A DNA stretch of 64,000 bases, taken from Eledone cirrhosa. Its lineage: Eukaryota. The notes beneath the pieces were generated by a model. It was not told the DNA's origin and searched no databases. It worked only from the letters and a program-made list of their open reading frames with translations. Shown here piece by piece: positions 1 to 15,660 of this stretch. The DNA lies in NCBI GenBank assembly GCA_964016885.1, contig OZ024747.1:6696001-6760000 (forward strand), in the 5' to 3' direction. Position 1 is the stretch's first letter. Each line of letters begins with the position of its first letter. Position numbers and translations under genes: made by a program.

Positions 1-302
1 GAGATGCCGTTAAATGTAAATGTTTCGTTGTCTAGGGCGTGTGTATTTATTACGTAAATAAAAGGGTTACAGTAAATAAGAAATAGTGACATAGTATATA
101 TTCAGTACTGTTTTGTCAACTAGTAAATATAACACAAGCAATATGGACAGAGAAATAAAAACATTATCAAATGGAAAAAGAAACACATACACGACAAGTG
201 ATGTAAACAGACAAACGTGTTGCTTGATAGAATTCTTCACTCTCCGACATTTTTCAAAAGTGTTGTTAGTTTGTATTTCCTGTGATTCTAGATGTTATTT
301 CG

Positions 303-478
303 GAGGTTTAGCAGTATCGGTAGAGGGTCGGACGCCATGCTTTGACGCATAGAGTTACGGCCCTTGCCATTCTGAGTTCAAATAACTTTGCCTTTCATTC
401 TTCCGGGGTCGATAAAATAAAGTACTAGTAATGCACTGGGTAATTGCTGGCCTTGTGCCAAAAGTAGAAACAATTATT
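303..478 (+). mobile_element. tRNA-derived SINE (family 1); a truncated second copy follows at ~491-550
   Basis: tRNA-like head (agcagtatcggtagag...gagttcaaat), body ctttgcctttcattcttccggggtcgataaaataaagtac, tail gccttgtgccaaaagtagaaacaattatt. The same body recurs at ~27520, 28730, 46620, 49680, 61350 and 61540. Confidence 0.8.
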
Positions 479-705
479 TCTCTTATTTCCAGGGCGGTGG
501 ATTGGCAGTATCGTTAGAGGGTCGGGCGCCATGCTTTAGAAACAATTATTTCGGAGGTTTAGTGCACAACGTTATCCTTTCTGTTGATGTTCCTCTTTCA
601 AAGTCAGTTCCCGTCTTAATTAATAAACTGTTATCATTCATATTATACTGCAAATGCGTCTATAGAGTTAATCGACTGTAGCGAACCTATCAGATGCATG
701 CATGG

Positions 706-1030
706 TCTCGTAACTCCTGGGGGAACGTCAGGGAGCCATGCGGCGTTTCTGGGACATTTTTTAAACTTGGTGGAGCCCATCTCCTCTCCAGGTCTGAATA
801 TAGCAGATTTCTTCCAGAGAAGGAGAGAGGGGGAGAGAATGGAAGTTAGAAAGAGATATAGGGGAAAAATCGACCCCTTGTACTTGACTAGTACTTTTTT
901 TAATCGACCTCGAATGGATGAAAGGTAAAGTTGACCTCGATAGGATTTGAACTGAGAGAGTAAAGAGCTGAAACGAATACTCCAAAGCCTTATATCCGAG
1001 GTTCTAACGACTCTGCTATTTCGCCGCCAT
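706..1030 (-). mobile_element. tRNA-derived SINE with extended (probably LINE-derived) 3' tail
   Basis: Minus-strand head/body at 860-1030 (ttcaaatcctatcgaggtcaactttacctttcatcc). The tail block cgtaactcctg...tgaata(c/t)agcagatttcttccag at 706-818 is shared with ~15360-15445, 18972-19060 and 54927-55045. Confidence 0.7.
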
Positions 1031-1645
1031 AATCAACCTATCAGATAACCTCTACCAAAAGATAATGATATTAGCTAGACTAATCTTTCGTTTTATGATC
1101 ACATACAACTTGAACCTTCACGATTGCTTCAAATGTTTGACCTCATAATCACTGAGCAAAAACTGGCCTTCCTGTTCAAAACTATCAGCGAAACATCATC
1201 AGCACCAACAAAAGACTACACAGTCGTTTGGCTTGCTAGAAACAACAACCAAATTTCCATTAACTCACCTCAAACTACCTTAAAAAATGAAGGCACATGT
1301 GGGATGATGTTTTACTTAAATATAAAAAAAAAGACGAGAGTCACGGCTGCAATCTATTTGATCACGGCCTGCTTGAGAAGGGATTCATCTGAGGCTAATA
1401 AATAAGATTGTGGGGAGGGGGGGGGTTAAATTAACAAGTTAACGAAGGAGCCGCATTATGGTTACTTGACCTGTCAGAAATAGCTGTCAAATTTCCCTCA
1501 TATCAAACTTCAAAGCTTTTTTTTTAAACAAAACAAAACAAAAAAGACACATTGGTCTATGTATTCTTAAATACACAGCTTGGAAACAAAAGATCGATGG
1601 ACATGATTAGAATGTCTTTGATCAGAGTTCACCTCTATCAATAGT

Positions 1646-1790
1646 GAAGGCGCATGGCTTAGTGGTTAAAGCATTGGGCTTGCAATCGAAAGGTTGTGAG
1701 TTCAATTCTCGAACCGGGTGATGTGTTGTTTCCTTGAGCAAGACACTTCACGTTGCTCCAGTTTACTCAGCTGTAGAAATGAGATGATAG
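1646..1790 (+). mobile_element. tRNA-derived CORE-type SINE
   Basis: A box TGGCTTAGTGG, B box GAGTTCAATTC, then CORE-like gtgttgtttccttgagcaagacacttc...gctccagtttactcagctg. Confidence 0.8.
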
Positions 1791-2314
1791 GACTGGGGTC
1801 CCTATCATTAAATTACCCAAGACACCTCCAACGAGATATACCTTGGAGGAGGCCAGCTAAACCTGCATAAGTGTGATCTGTAACAACAACAACCTCCATC
1901 AAGGGCAGTCGTGAAACTAAATTAACAACAAAATATAAAATGGATTCAACGTGAATAAATCAGAAAGTGTTAAGCCACTCACTACCTCTTTAATTATGTC
2001 ATTGAATTCGTTAGAATATGTTTAGATTTACGAGTTGTTTAACTTGGCTAATTCAACTTAATTCTTGTTTATTGCATTCGAGGGGAAAAAATAACAAAGG
2101 GAGAAAAAAGCCATCGTCACTCCATTAAACGTTAACATTTGTTTCTCTTTCTTTCCTGGAAATAAATATCAAAGAGACAGTAATCTTTGTAAAAATAACA
2201 GCAGAAGAATCGTGTCTCTTGGATACCAACATTTAAACCTTGTATATGAGCTTAGATTAAATACTAAGCAGCAGATGTACAGAGATACATTATTTCTATG
2301 TGTATATTATATTG

Positions 2315-2337
2315 TGTGGGGGTGCATATACTCACAC

Positions 2338-2373
<36 letters not shown>

Positions 2374-2390
2374 GTGTGAGTGTATGCCCC

Positions 2391-2454
<64 letters not shown>

Positions 2455-2534
2455 TATATACTGTGTATATATGAATATATACTGTGTATATACGAATATA
2501 TATATATATATATATTCGTGTGAGTGTATGCCCC

Positions 2535-2575
<41 letters not shown>

Positions 2576-2620
2576 GAATATATACTGTGTATATACGAAT
2601 ATATATATATATGTATATAT
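2315..2620. repeat. short inverted repeat centred on (TA)n plus tandem duplication
   Basis: tgtgggggtgcatatactcacacgaa-(TA)n-ttcgtgtgagtgtatgcccccaca. The right arm is repeated at ~2515-2540. Confidence 0.85.
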
Positions 2621-2823
2621 AATGTAATACTTTATACGTATAGCAAGATAAAAAACAAATACTTCTGCTCATCGGCTACTCATAACAGACAAACTTAATG
2701 GTTCGGGTCAAGAATGGCGGGTGGGATGGGGCTTGTTCACACGACTGTTTAACTCGCCTTGGGGCTGGTTCTATAGGAATATTGGTGACGCCAAATATGA
2801 ATATAGAAAGATATTTCGTTAAG

Positions 2824-5800
2824 ACACACACCACACCACACATACACACTACACCACACATACACACTACACCACACATACACACTACACCACACCACAC
2901 CACACACACACACCACACCACACATACACACTACACCACACACACACTACACCACACCACACCACACCACACATACATACCACACCACACCACACCACAC
3001 ACACACACCACACCACACATACACACTACACCACACACACACACTACACCACACATACACACTACACCACACCACACACACACACCACACCACACATACA
3101 CACTACACCACACACACACACTACACCACACCACACCACACATACACACTACACCACACACACACACTACACCACACCACACCACACCACACATACACAC
3201 TACACCACACATACACACTACACCACACATACACACTACACCACACCACACCACACACACACACCACACCACACATACACACTACACCACACACACACAC
3301 TACACCACACCACACCACACCACACATACACACTACACCACACACACACACTACACCACACCACACCACACCACACATACACACTACACCACACATACAC
3401 ACTACACCACACATACACACTACACCACACATACACACTACACCACACATACACACTACACCACACCACACCACACACACACACCACACCACACATACAC
3501 ACTACACCACACACACACACTACACCACACATACACACTACACCACACCACACCACACACACACACCACACCACACATACACACTACACCACACATACAC
3601 ACTACACCACACCACACCACACACACACACCACACCACACATACACACTACACCACACACACACACTACACCACACATACACACTACACCACACCACACC
3701 ACACACACACACCACACCACACATACACACTACACCACACACACACACTACACCACACATACACACTACACCACACCACACCACACCACACATACACACT
3801 ACACCACACACACCACACCACACATACACACTACACCACACACACACACTACACCACACATACACACTACACCACACCACACCACACATACACACTAAAC
3901 CACACCACACATACACACTACACCACACATACACACGACACCACACCACACCACACATACACACTACACCACACCACACCACACATACACACTACACCAC
4001 ACCACACCACACATACACACTACACCACACACACCACACCACACATACACACTACACCACACACACACACTACACCACACATACACACTACACCACACCA
4101 CACTACACATACACACTAAACCACACCACACATACACACTACACCACACATACACACCACACCACACCACACATACACACTACACCACACATACACACTA
4201 CACCACACATACACACTACACCACACCACACCACACATACACACTAAACCACACCACACATACACACTACACCACACATACACACTACACCACACATACA
4301 CACTACACCACACATACACACTACACATACACACTACACCACACCACACCACACATACACACTACACCACACATACACACTACACCACACATACACACTA
4401 CACCACACCACACCACACCACACATACACACTACACCACACATACACACTACACCACACATACACACTACACCACACCACACCACACATACACACTACAC
4501 CACACCACACCACACATACACACTACACCACACATACACACTACACCACACATACACACTACACCACACATACACACTACACCACACCACACCACACCAC
4601 ACCACACATACACACTACACCACACTACACCACACCACACCACACATACACACTACACCACACATACACACTACACCACACATACACACCACACATACAC
4701 ACTACACCACACCACACATACACACTACACCACACATACACACTACACCACACATACACACTACACCACACCACACCACACATACACACTACACCACACC
4801 ACACCACACATACACACTACACCACACACACACACCACACCACACATACACACTAGACCACACCACACATACACACCACACCACACTACACCACACATAC
4901 ACACCACACTACACCACACTACACCACACATACACACCACACATACACACCACACCACACCACACTACACCACACCACACATACACACCACACCACACCA
5001 CACCACACCACACCACACTACACGACACCACACATACACACCACACTACACCACACTACACCACACATACACACCACACATACACACCACACCACACATA
5101 CACACTACACCACACATACACACCACACCACACCACACCACACTACACCACACATACACACCACACCACACTACACCACACACACACACTACACCACACA
5201 TACACACTACACCACACATACACACTACACCACACATACACACTACACCACACACACACCACACCACACCACACATACACACCACACCACACCACACTAC
5301 ACCACACCACACCACACATACACACCACACCACACCACACCACACCACACCACACCACACCACACCACACCACACCACACCACACCACACATACATACCA
5401 CACCACACTACACCACACACACACACTACACCACACATACACACTACACCACACATACACACTACACCACACATACACACCACACCACACCACACCACAC
5501 ATACACACCACACTACACCACACATACACACCACACCGCACTACACCACACACACACACTACACCACACATACACACTACACCACACATACACACTACAC
5601 CACACATACACACTACACCACACACACACCACACCACACCACACATACACACCACACCACACCACACTACACCACACCACACCACACATACACACCACAC
5701 CACACCACACCACACTACACCACACCACACCACACTACACCACACACACACACTACACCACACATACACACTACACCACACACACACCACATCACACATA

Positions 5801-8800
5801 CACACTACACGACACATACACACTACACCACACACACACACTACACCACACATACACACTACACCACACATACACGCTACACCACACACACACCACATCA
5901 CACATACACACTACACCACACTAACACACTACACCACACACACACACTACACCACACATACACACTACACCACACATACACGCTACACCACACACACACC
6001 ACATCACACATACACACTACACCACACATACACACTACACCATACACACTACACCACACACACACACTACACCACACATACACACTACACCACACATACA
6101 CACTACACCACACACACACCACATCACACATACACACTACACCACACATACACACTACACCACACACACACACTACACCACACATACACACTACACCACA
6201 CATACACACTACACCACACATACACACTACACCACACACACACCACATCACACATACACACCACACATACACACCACACCACACACACCACACCACACTA
6301 CACCACATCACACATACACACAAACAAAACACATACACACACACCACACACAACACACACACAACACACACACCACACCACATACACACCACACTACACC
6401 ACACATACACACTACACCACACACCACACTACACCACACATACACACTACACCACACACACTACACCACACACACACACTACACCACACATACACACTAC
6501 ACCACATATACACACCACACCACACATACACACCACACTACACCACACATGCACACCACACATACACACTACACCACACATACACACTACACCACACACA
6601 CACCACACACACACCACACATACACCACACACACACCACACCACACATACACACTACACCACACACACACCACACCACACCACACCACACATACACACTA
6701 CACCACACACACACCACACATACACACTACACCACACATACACACTACACCACACATACACACTACACCACACATACACACTACACCACACACACACCAC
6801 ACTACACCACACACACACCACACCACACATACACACTACACCACACATACACACTACACCACACATACACACCACACTACACCACACACACACCACACCA
6901 CACATACACACTACACCACACACAGACCACACCACACCACACCACACATACACACTAAACCACACACACACCACACCACACATACACACTACACCACACA
7001 TACACACTACACCACACACACACACTACACCACACACACACTACACCACACATACACACTACACCACACATACACACTACACCACACACACACACTACAC
7101 CACACACACACACTACACCACACACACACACTACACCACACATACACACCACACCACACATACACACTACACCATACATACACACTACACCACACATGCA
7201 CACCACACATACACACTACACCACACATACACACTACACCACACACACACCACACTACACCACACACACACCACACCACACATACACACCACACATACAC
7301 ACTACACCACACATACACACCACACCACACACACACCACACCACACATACACACTACACCACACACACACCACACCACACATACACACTACACCACACAC
7401 ACACACACCACACCACACATACACACTACACCACACATACACACTACACCACACATACACACTACACCACACACACGCACTACACCACACATACACACCA
7501 CACTACACACACACCACACCACACATACACACTACACCACACATACACACCACACTACACCACACACACACTACACCACACATACACACCACACACACAC
7601 CACACCACACATACACACTACACCACACATACACACTACACTACACCACACACACACCACACCACACATACACACTACACCACACACACACTACACCACA
7701 CATACACACCACACTACACCACACACACACCACACCACACATACACACTACACCACACATACACACTACACTACACCACACACACACCACACCACACATA
7801 CACACTACACCACACATACACACTACACCACACATACACACCACACCACACCACACATACACACTACACCACACATACACACCACACTACACCACACATA
7901 CACCACACCACACATACACACACCACACCACACATACACACTACACCACACATACACACCACACTACACCACACACACACCACACCACACATACACACCA
8001 CACCACACACACACCACACCACACATACACACTACACCACACCACACCACACACACACACTACACCACACACACACACTACACCACACACACACACCACA
8101 CCACACATACACACTACACCACACATACACACCACACCACACATACACACCACACTACACCACACATGCACACCACACATACACACTACACCACACATAC
8201 ACACTACACCACACACACACCACACTACACCACACACACACCACACCACACATACACACCACACATACACACTACACCACACATACACACCACACCACAC
8301 ACACACCACACCACACATACACACTACACCACACACACACCACACCACACATACACACTACACCACACACACACACACCACACCACACATACACACTACA
8401 CCACACATACACACTACACCACACATACACACTACACCACACACACGCACTACACCACACATACACACCACACTACACACACACCACACCACACATACAC
8501 ACTACACCACACATACACACCACACTACACCACACACACACTACACCACACATACACACCACACACACACCACACCACACATACACACTACACCACACAT
8601 ACACACTACACTACACCACACACACACCACACCACACATACACACTACACCACACACACACTACACCACACATACACACCACACTACACCACACACACAC
8701 CACACCACACATACACACTACACCACACATACACACTACACTACACCACACACACACCACACCACACATACACACTACACCACACATACACACTACACCA

Positions 8801-10020
8801 CACATACACACCACACCACACCACACATACACACTACACCACACATACACACCACACTACACCACACATACACCACACCACACATACACACACCACACCA
8901 CACATACACACTACACCACACATACACACCACACTACACCACACACACACCACACCACACATACACACCACACCACACACACACCACACCACACATACAC
9001 ACTACACCACACCACACCACACATACACACTACACCACACCACACCACACATACACACTACACCACACATACACACCACACTACACCACACACACATCAC
9101 ACCACACATACACACCACACCACACACACACCACACCACACACCACACCACACATACACACTACACCACACCACACCACACCACACATACACACTACACC
9201 ACACCACACCACACATACACACCACACCACACATACACACCACACTACACCACACACACACCACACCACACATACACACTACACCACACCACACCACACA
9301 TACACACTACACCACACCACACCACACATACACACCACACCACACATACACACCACACTACACCACACACACACCACACATACACACTACACCACACCAC
9401 ACCACACATACACACTACACCACACCACACCACACATACACACCACACCACACATACACACTACACCACACCACACCACACATACACACCACACCACACA
9501 TACACACTACACCACACATACACACCACACCACACCACACACACACCATATCACACATACACACCGCACATACACACCACACCACACATACATACCACAC
9601 CAGACACACAGCACACCACACCACACATACACACCACACCACACATACACACTACACCACACACACACACCACACCACACCACGCACACACCACATCACA
9701 CATACACACCGCACATACACACCACACTACACACACCACACCACACTACACCACATCACACATACACACAAACAAAACACATACACACACACCACACACA
9801 AATACACACACAACACACACACCACATATACATACACACACACACCACACACTCAAACAAAACACACACACCACACACACACAAAAACACACCACACACA
9901 CCACACGTACTCACACACTCACACCACACCACACGTACTCACACACACACACCACACATCACACACACATACACAAAGACACACACACCACACCACACAT
10001 ACTCACACAACCAAACAAAA
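2824..10020. repeat. ~7.2-kb complex CA-rich satellite (CACAC/CACTA/CACATACA modules)
   Basis: Directly visible. The H/T/P and V/C/W ORFs are repeat translations. An internal duplication at offset 970 gives identical ORFs 7302/8272 and 7641/8611. Confidence 0.97.
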
Positions 10021-10293
10021 CACTGCCATGTTTAAGATATGATTTAGGACTGTCTTCTTCTTTCTGACGATATCGATGACGCCAAGTGAGCGGATCACGT
10101 GTTACTCATTAGCTATCAAGACTGCTTCAATTAAGATAAATACTTGCATAAATATATCGATACACATACATATATGTATACACATACATATGTACATACA
10201 CATACATACTTATATGCGCACACAAACATACATAAATATACACATACTTAGGCGCTTATTATATGTAGAAATACTGTATTTATGTATATGTAC

Positions 10294-10419
<126 letters not shown>

Positions 10420-10420
10420 A

Positions 10421-10543
10421 TAAGTAATTCCGGGTTGAATCGGAGGTAACCACAGTAAGTAAGGTACTCAATACATAGCAGAGTATAAAAGTTTTTCACG
10501 AATGAAACAGTTCTAGTCCTGTAGAAGCTGTTCTATATCAAAA

Positions 10544-10546
<3 letters not shown>
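10421..10546. mobile_element. fold-back Penelope pLTR-like remnant with partial hammerhead 3' half
   Basis: 10421-10495 is nearly identical to 62543-62615. The right part reads GAAAC-agttcta-GTC-ctgtagaagctgttctatatcaaaac, the inverted sense of the same family. Flanked by (TA)n/(GA)n and (TA)n. Confidence 0.55.
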
Positions 10547-10579
<33 letters not shown>

Positions 10580-10633
10580 CATATACATACATACATATAC
10601 ATACATACATACATACATACATACATACATACA

Positions 10634-10669
<36 letters not shown>

Positions 10670-11229
10670 TATATATGCATATATATATATATGTATATAT
10701 ATATATATGTATATTTGGGCATCCACTGATGAGTTTATGAGAGCCCGCTTGTGTATAAAACTATGGATTATATACAAGTTTCTACATAACATGGAAATTA
10801 TTTATCCCAAATTGTAGAAATGTTATAACGAAACGATCGTCTGGATGGAAAGAGATATTTATTTAATTATGTCTCATATAAAATAATACAACCAGCTATC
10901 CACGAAATACTGATTAGTTAGCACCCCAAACACTGAATTGGGAAAATACTTAGGTATATCCTAATGTTTGAGTGAGATGGAGTTGGTCAGAGTATCGCTT
11001 AAGGCTTTCTCTGTTAATGTATTAAATATATATATATATCTATATATATATATATATATATATATAGATATATAGATATATATATAGATATATAGATATA
11101 TATATATATATATATATATATAGATAGATATATATATATATATATATTATCAGCGGACAACAAAGGCCCTAAAGCAATGAAACGTGCAGAAGAAAATATC
11201 TAAAATACACACCACACACTCACTCACAG

Positions 11230-11261
<32 letters not shown>

Positions 11262-11289
11262 CGTTTGTTTTGTTATTTCTGTTTACTTT

Positions 11290-12678
<1,389 letters not shown>

Positions 12679-12680
<2 letters not shown>

Positions 12681-13482
12681 ACTATAGAGTAAAGCATGTC
12701 CAGAGAATTATTTGATAATATATATACATAATCTCTACTCCCAATCAGCATAATTAACCACACAAAAAATCAATTAGACCAGGCTATAAGAATAAAAGGC
12801 ACCTATGAAGAAACATTAAATAAATACGCCACAGCAGCGTCTTTGCGTCCAACCGCTATAGAATATTTACCCAACATTCCAACAGCACGTGGAAATTAAT
12901 TAATTAAATATACGGTCAACCATACATAATTAAGTAAAATTAAAGTTAGAAATGCTTATATACATACCAGGATTAAATCACTAAATCCAGACCCATGGGT
13001 TTCGCTCACATTTTGAGATATCTTATTAAGTATAAATCTCGAGTTTAGAGCTCTTCAGGGGACAAACTCGCTAGGCCAGATTATTTTCCGAAGTGGCCCC
13101 CGCCAAACACGAATTCTTTTACCTAATTATGTATGGTCGACCGTATATTTAATTAATTAATTTCCACGTGCTGTTTAAATGTTGGGTAAATATTCTATAG
13201 CGGTTGGACGCAAAGACGCTGCTGTGGCGTATTTATTTACTGTTTCTTCATAGGTGCCTTTTATTCTTATAGCCTGGTCTAATTGATTTTTTGTGTGGTT
13301 AATTATGGTGATTGGGAGTAGAGATGATGTATATATATTATCAAATAATTTTCTGGACATGCTTTACTCTATAGTATTTTGCTCTGATTATTTAATTTAT
13401 TAATTCTTCATTGAGCCACATCGTGAATAGTTGCCAAAACACATATATACTTGTGACTTTGTTTAATTGGTGTATCTGTAAA

Positions 13483-13490
<8 letters not shown>
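12679..13490. mobile_element. fold-back element (261-bp inverted arms), probable Penelope-like pLTR derivative
   Basis: Arms 12679-12939 and 13117-13377 are reverse complements with about 8 mismatches. The right arm extends ~110 nt further. (TA)n on both sides; hammerhead motif in the spacer. Confidence 0.8.
12985..13063 (-). ncRNA. type I hammerhead ribozyme (minimal, Penelope-type), near intact
   Basis: Minus strand: gtccc-CTGAAGA-gctc[~40-nt loop]gagc-GAAA-c-ccatgg-GTC-tggat. Stem II gctc/gagc, palindromic stem III acccatgggt, GUC cleavage triplet, stem I with one mismatch next to the core. Confidence 0.7.
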
Positions 13491-13532
<42 letters not shown>

Positions 13533-13535
<3 letters not shown>

Positions 13536-13722
13536 CGAAGGAAATGTGGTAAGGAACCAGGTGGACCATAACGCACCAAAGTACTCTATACTTAGGGTAG
13601 TAGAGTGGGTAATAGGAACAAGTAAGACCCCGACAGCTGAGCTCAAGCCGTTTCGACGGCTAATTCTGGACTGAATTAGCCGTCGAAACGGCTTGAGCTC
13701 AGCCGTCGGGGTCTTACTTGTT

Positions 13723-13727
<5 letters not shown>
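13533..13727. mobile_element. fold-back element centred on hammerhead stem II (copy 1)
   Basis: 55-bp arms 13612-13666 / 13673-13727 with 1 mismatch. Each arm carries GAAAC-ggcttgagctcagc(c/t)-GTC-gggg. The left arm extends to 13533; (TA)n on both sides. Confidence 0.8.
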
Positions 13728-13756
<29 letters not shown>

Positions 13757-14048
13757 GAGAGTAGGTGGGAAAGAAAGGTAAAGAGATAGGTGTATAGAAA
13801 TCGTTGTGTAGAGATATCTACAGAGTTTAATACATTTGTTTACCTGAAGGCAGAAAGTACACAAGTGCGGGTGTAATCGATTGACACAATTGTATATTGA
13901 GAGATGTGGACGACATTGTGGACAGCTGAGATGTTTCAGCAGCCACCCTCCCCCGGCACACAACTCCGCCATCACTAGTAAAACAGTAAAGCCTCTCAAC
14001 TATCTACCACTATATATATATATATATATACTGTGTGTATATATATAT

Positions 14049-14236
14049 ATAGGAAAATGTTTAACCCCGACAGCAGAGCTCAAGCCGTTTCGACGGCTAT
14101 TTCCAGAAATAGCCGTTGAAACGGCTTGAGCTCTGCCGTCGGGGTTAAACATTTTCCTATTACCCACTCTACTACCCTAAGTATTGAGTACTCTGATGCG
14201 TTATGGTCCATCTGGTTCCTTACCACACCCCCTTCG

Positions 14237-14240
<4 letters not shown>
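14049..14240. mobile_element. fold-back element centred on hammerhead stem II (copy 2, opposite orientation, diverged variant)
   Basis: Arms 14049-14103 / 14106-14160 with GAAAC-ggcttgagctctgcc-GTC-gggg. The long arm to 14240 is homologous to the reverse complement of 13533-13611. (TA)n on both sides. Confidence 0.8.
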
Positions 14241-14311
<71 letters not shown>

Positions 14312-14434
14312 AAGAGAGAGAGAGGGAGAAAGAGAGAGAGGCTGAGAGAGAGACTGATGTGTGTGTATGTGTATTGAACAATGAAAAGAAAACAAAAGTC
14401 AGATATAGGTTGGTAATTCATTGTTTTACCTTTC

Positions 14435-14506
<72 letters not shown>

Positions 14507-14757
14507 AGAGAGAGAGAGAGAGAGGGGGAGGGGCATGAATAGCCTGGTATTGTAAAAATATTCAAAAACTATTACAATATCATCAAGTCAAAACATTATA
14601 AAAACATTTATTTTACCAAATCAAAAATATTATATTCATAATATAAATATCAAGGGAACTTCTTTCACCTTCTGACTAGTAAAAACATGAACTACAAAGT
14701 GGTTATTCAGTTCAAGTACATGAATGAGTATATTCCACTGCTAAGTTCCCCAGATTA

Positions 14758-14951
14758 CAGACATGCCAACCTCTAAAAACCCAAACGGGGAAGTACCATG
14801 AATAAAGGTGCCCCAAAACGGGGAGATGTGAAGCAAAATGGGGAGATTTTACATAATGAAAGCTAGTTATTTTAACAAGAGAAAATATCTCTCACCTTCC
14901 CCAAAGTGGGTGGGAGTTCTCCCCGTTGAACTGGGAGAGTTGACAGGTCTG
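14758..14951. mobile_element. non-autonomous DNA transposon (MITE), hAT-like termini
   Basis: TIR cagacatgccaacctct ... agagttgacaggtctg. A homologous copy lies at 15484-15660. No convincing TSD seen. Confidence 0.7.
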
Positions 14952-15441
14952 TGAGTTTGTTCTTCTGTTAAATTTCCCCAGATTAGTTAACCTGTCTAGG
15001 CACATCGTTAATCTTATAGAATTCTTAATACGAGGTAAATCACAGAAAGATCTTTTAGCCTGTAGTAATAATTACATTAGGGAATAGTACCTCAACATGT
15101 AGTACTATAAGTTCGTTTAATAATTTACTTGGTGGAATATTTGATTCATATATTGGTTTTAAATGGACTATTTCATCTTTCGTATCAATTGATATATCGG
15201 TATTACATATTTCACATATTTGATTAATATTGAGCTCAATCTATTTCAGAATATTTCTAAATGAAGACAAATAAATTATTGAAATAAGATTTAATATTAA
15301 AACGTCTTGAAATATTTGAAAGGACTGAACCAAACATGGTGTAAATTAGTAAATAAAGAACCCTTAAGAAACATGGCATGTCTTGAGAATTCTAAACTTC
15401 ACAGAGCCCATCCCTTTCCAGGTCGGAACAGCCGGTTTCCT

Positions 15442-15483
<42 letters not shown>

Positions 15484-15494
<11 letters not shown>

Positions 15495-15660
15495 ACTCTA
15501 AAAACCCAAACAAAGTGCTCCAAATCGGGGAGAAATGAAGCAAAATGGAGAGATTTTACATAATGAAATCTGTACCCATTTTCACAAAAGAAGACATCTT
15601 TCACCCACTCCAAAGTGAGTGGGAGATCTCCCCGTCGGACGGGGAGAGTTGATAGGTCTG
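15484..15660. mobile_element. second copy of the 14758 MITE, nested in a SINE
   Basis: agacctgccaaactct ... agagttgataggtctg, lying between the SINE tail (15360-15445) and SINE head (15665-15740). Confidence 0.7.

Noticed and set aside
1646-1720. tRNA gene
   Set aside because: A/B boxes run directly into a CORE-like SINE body; no complete cloverleaf or poly-T terminator. The same applies to other SINE heads.
2698-10067. His/Thr/Pro-rich ORFs up to 1172 aa
   Set aside because: Translations of a CA satellite, open in several frames, with no splice signals or unique domain.
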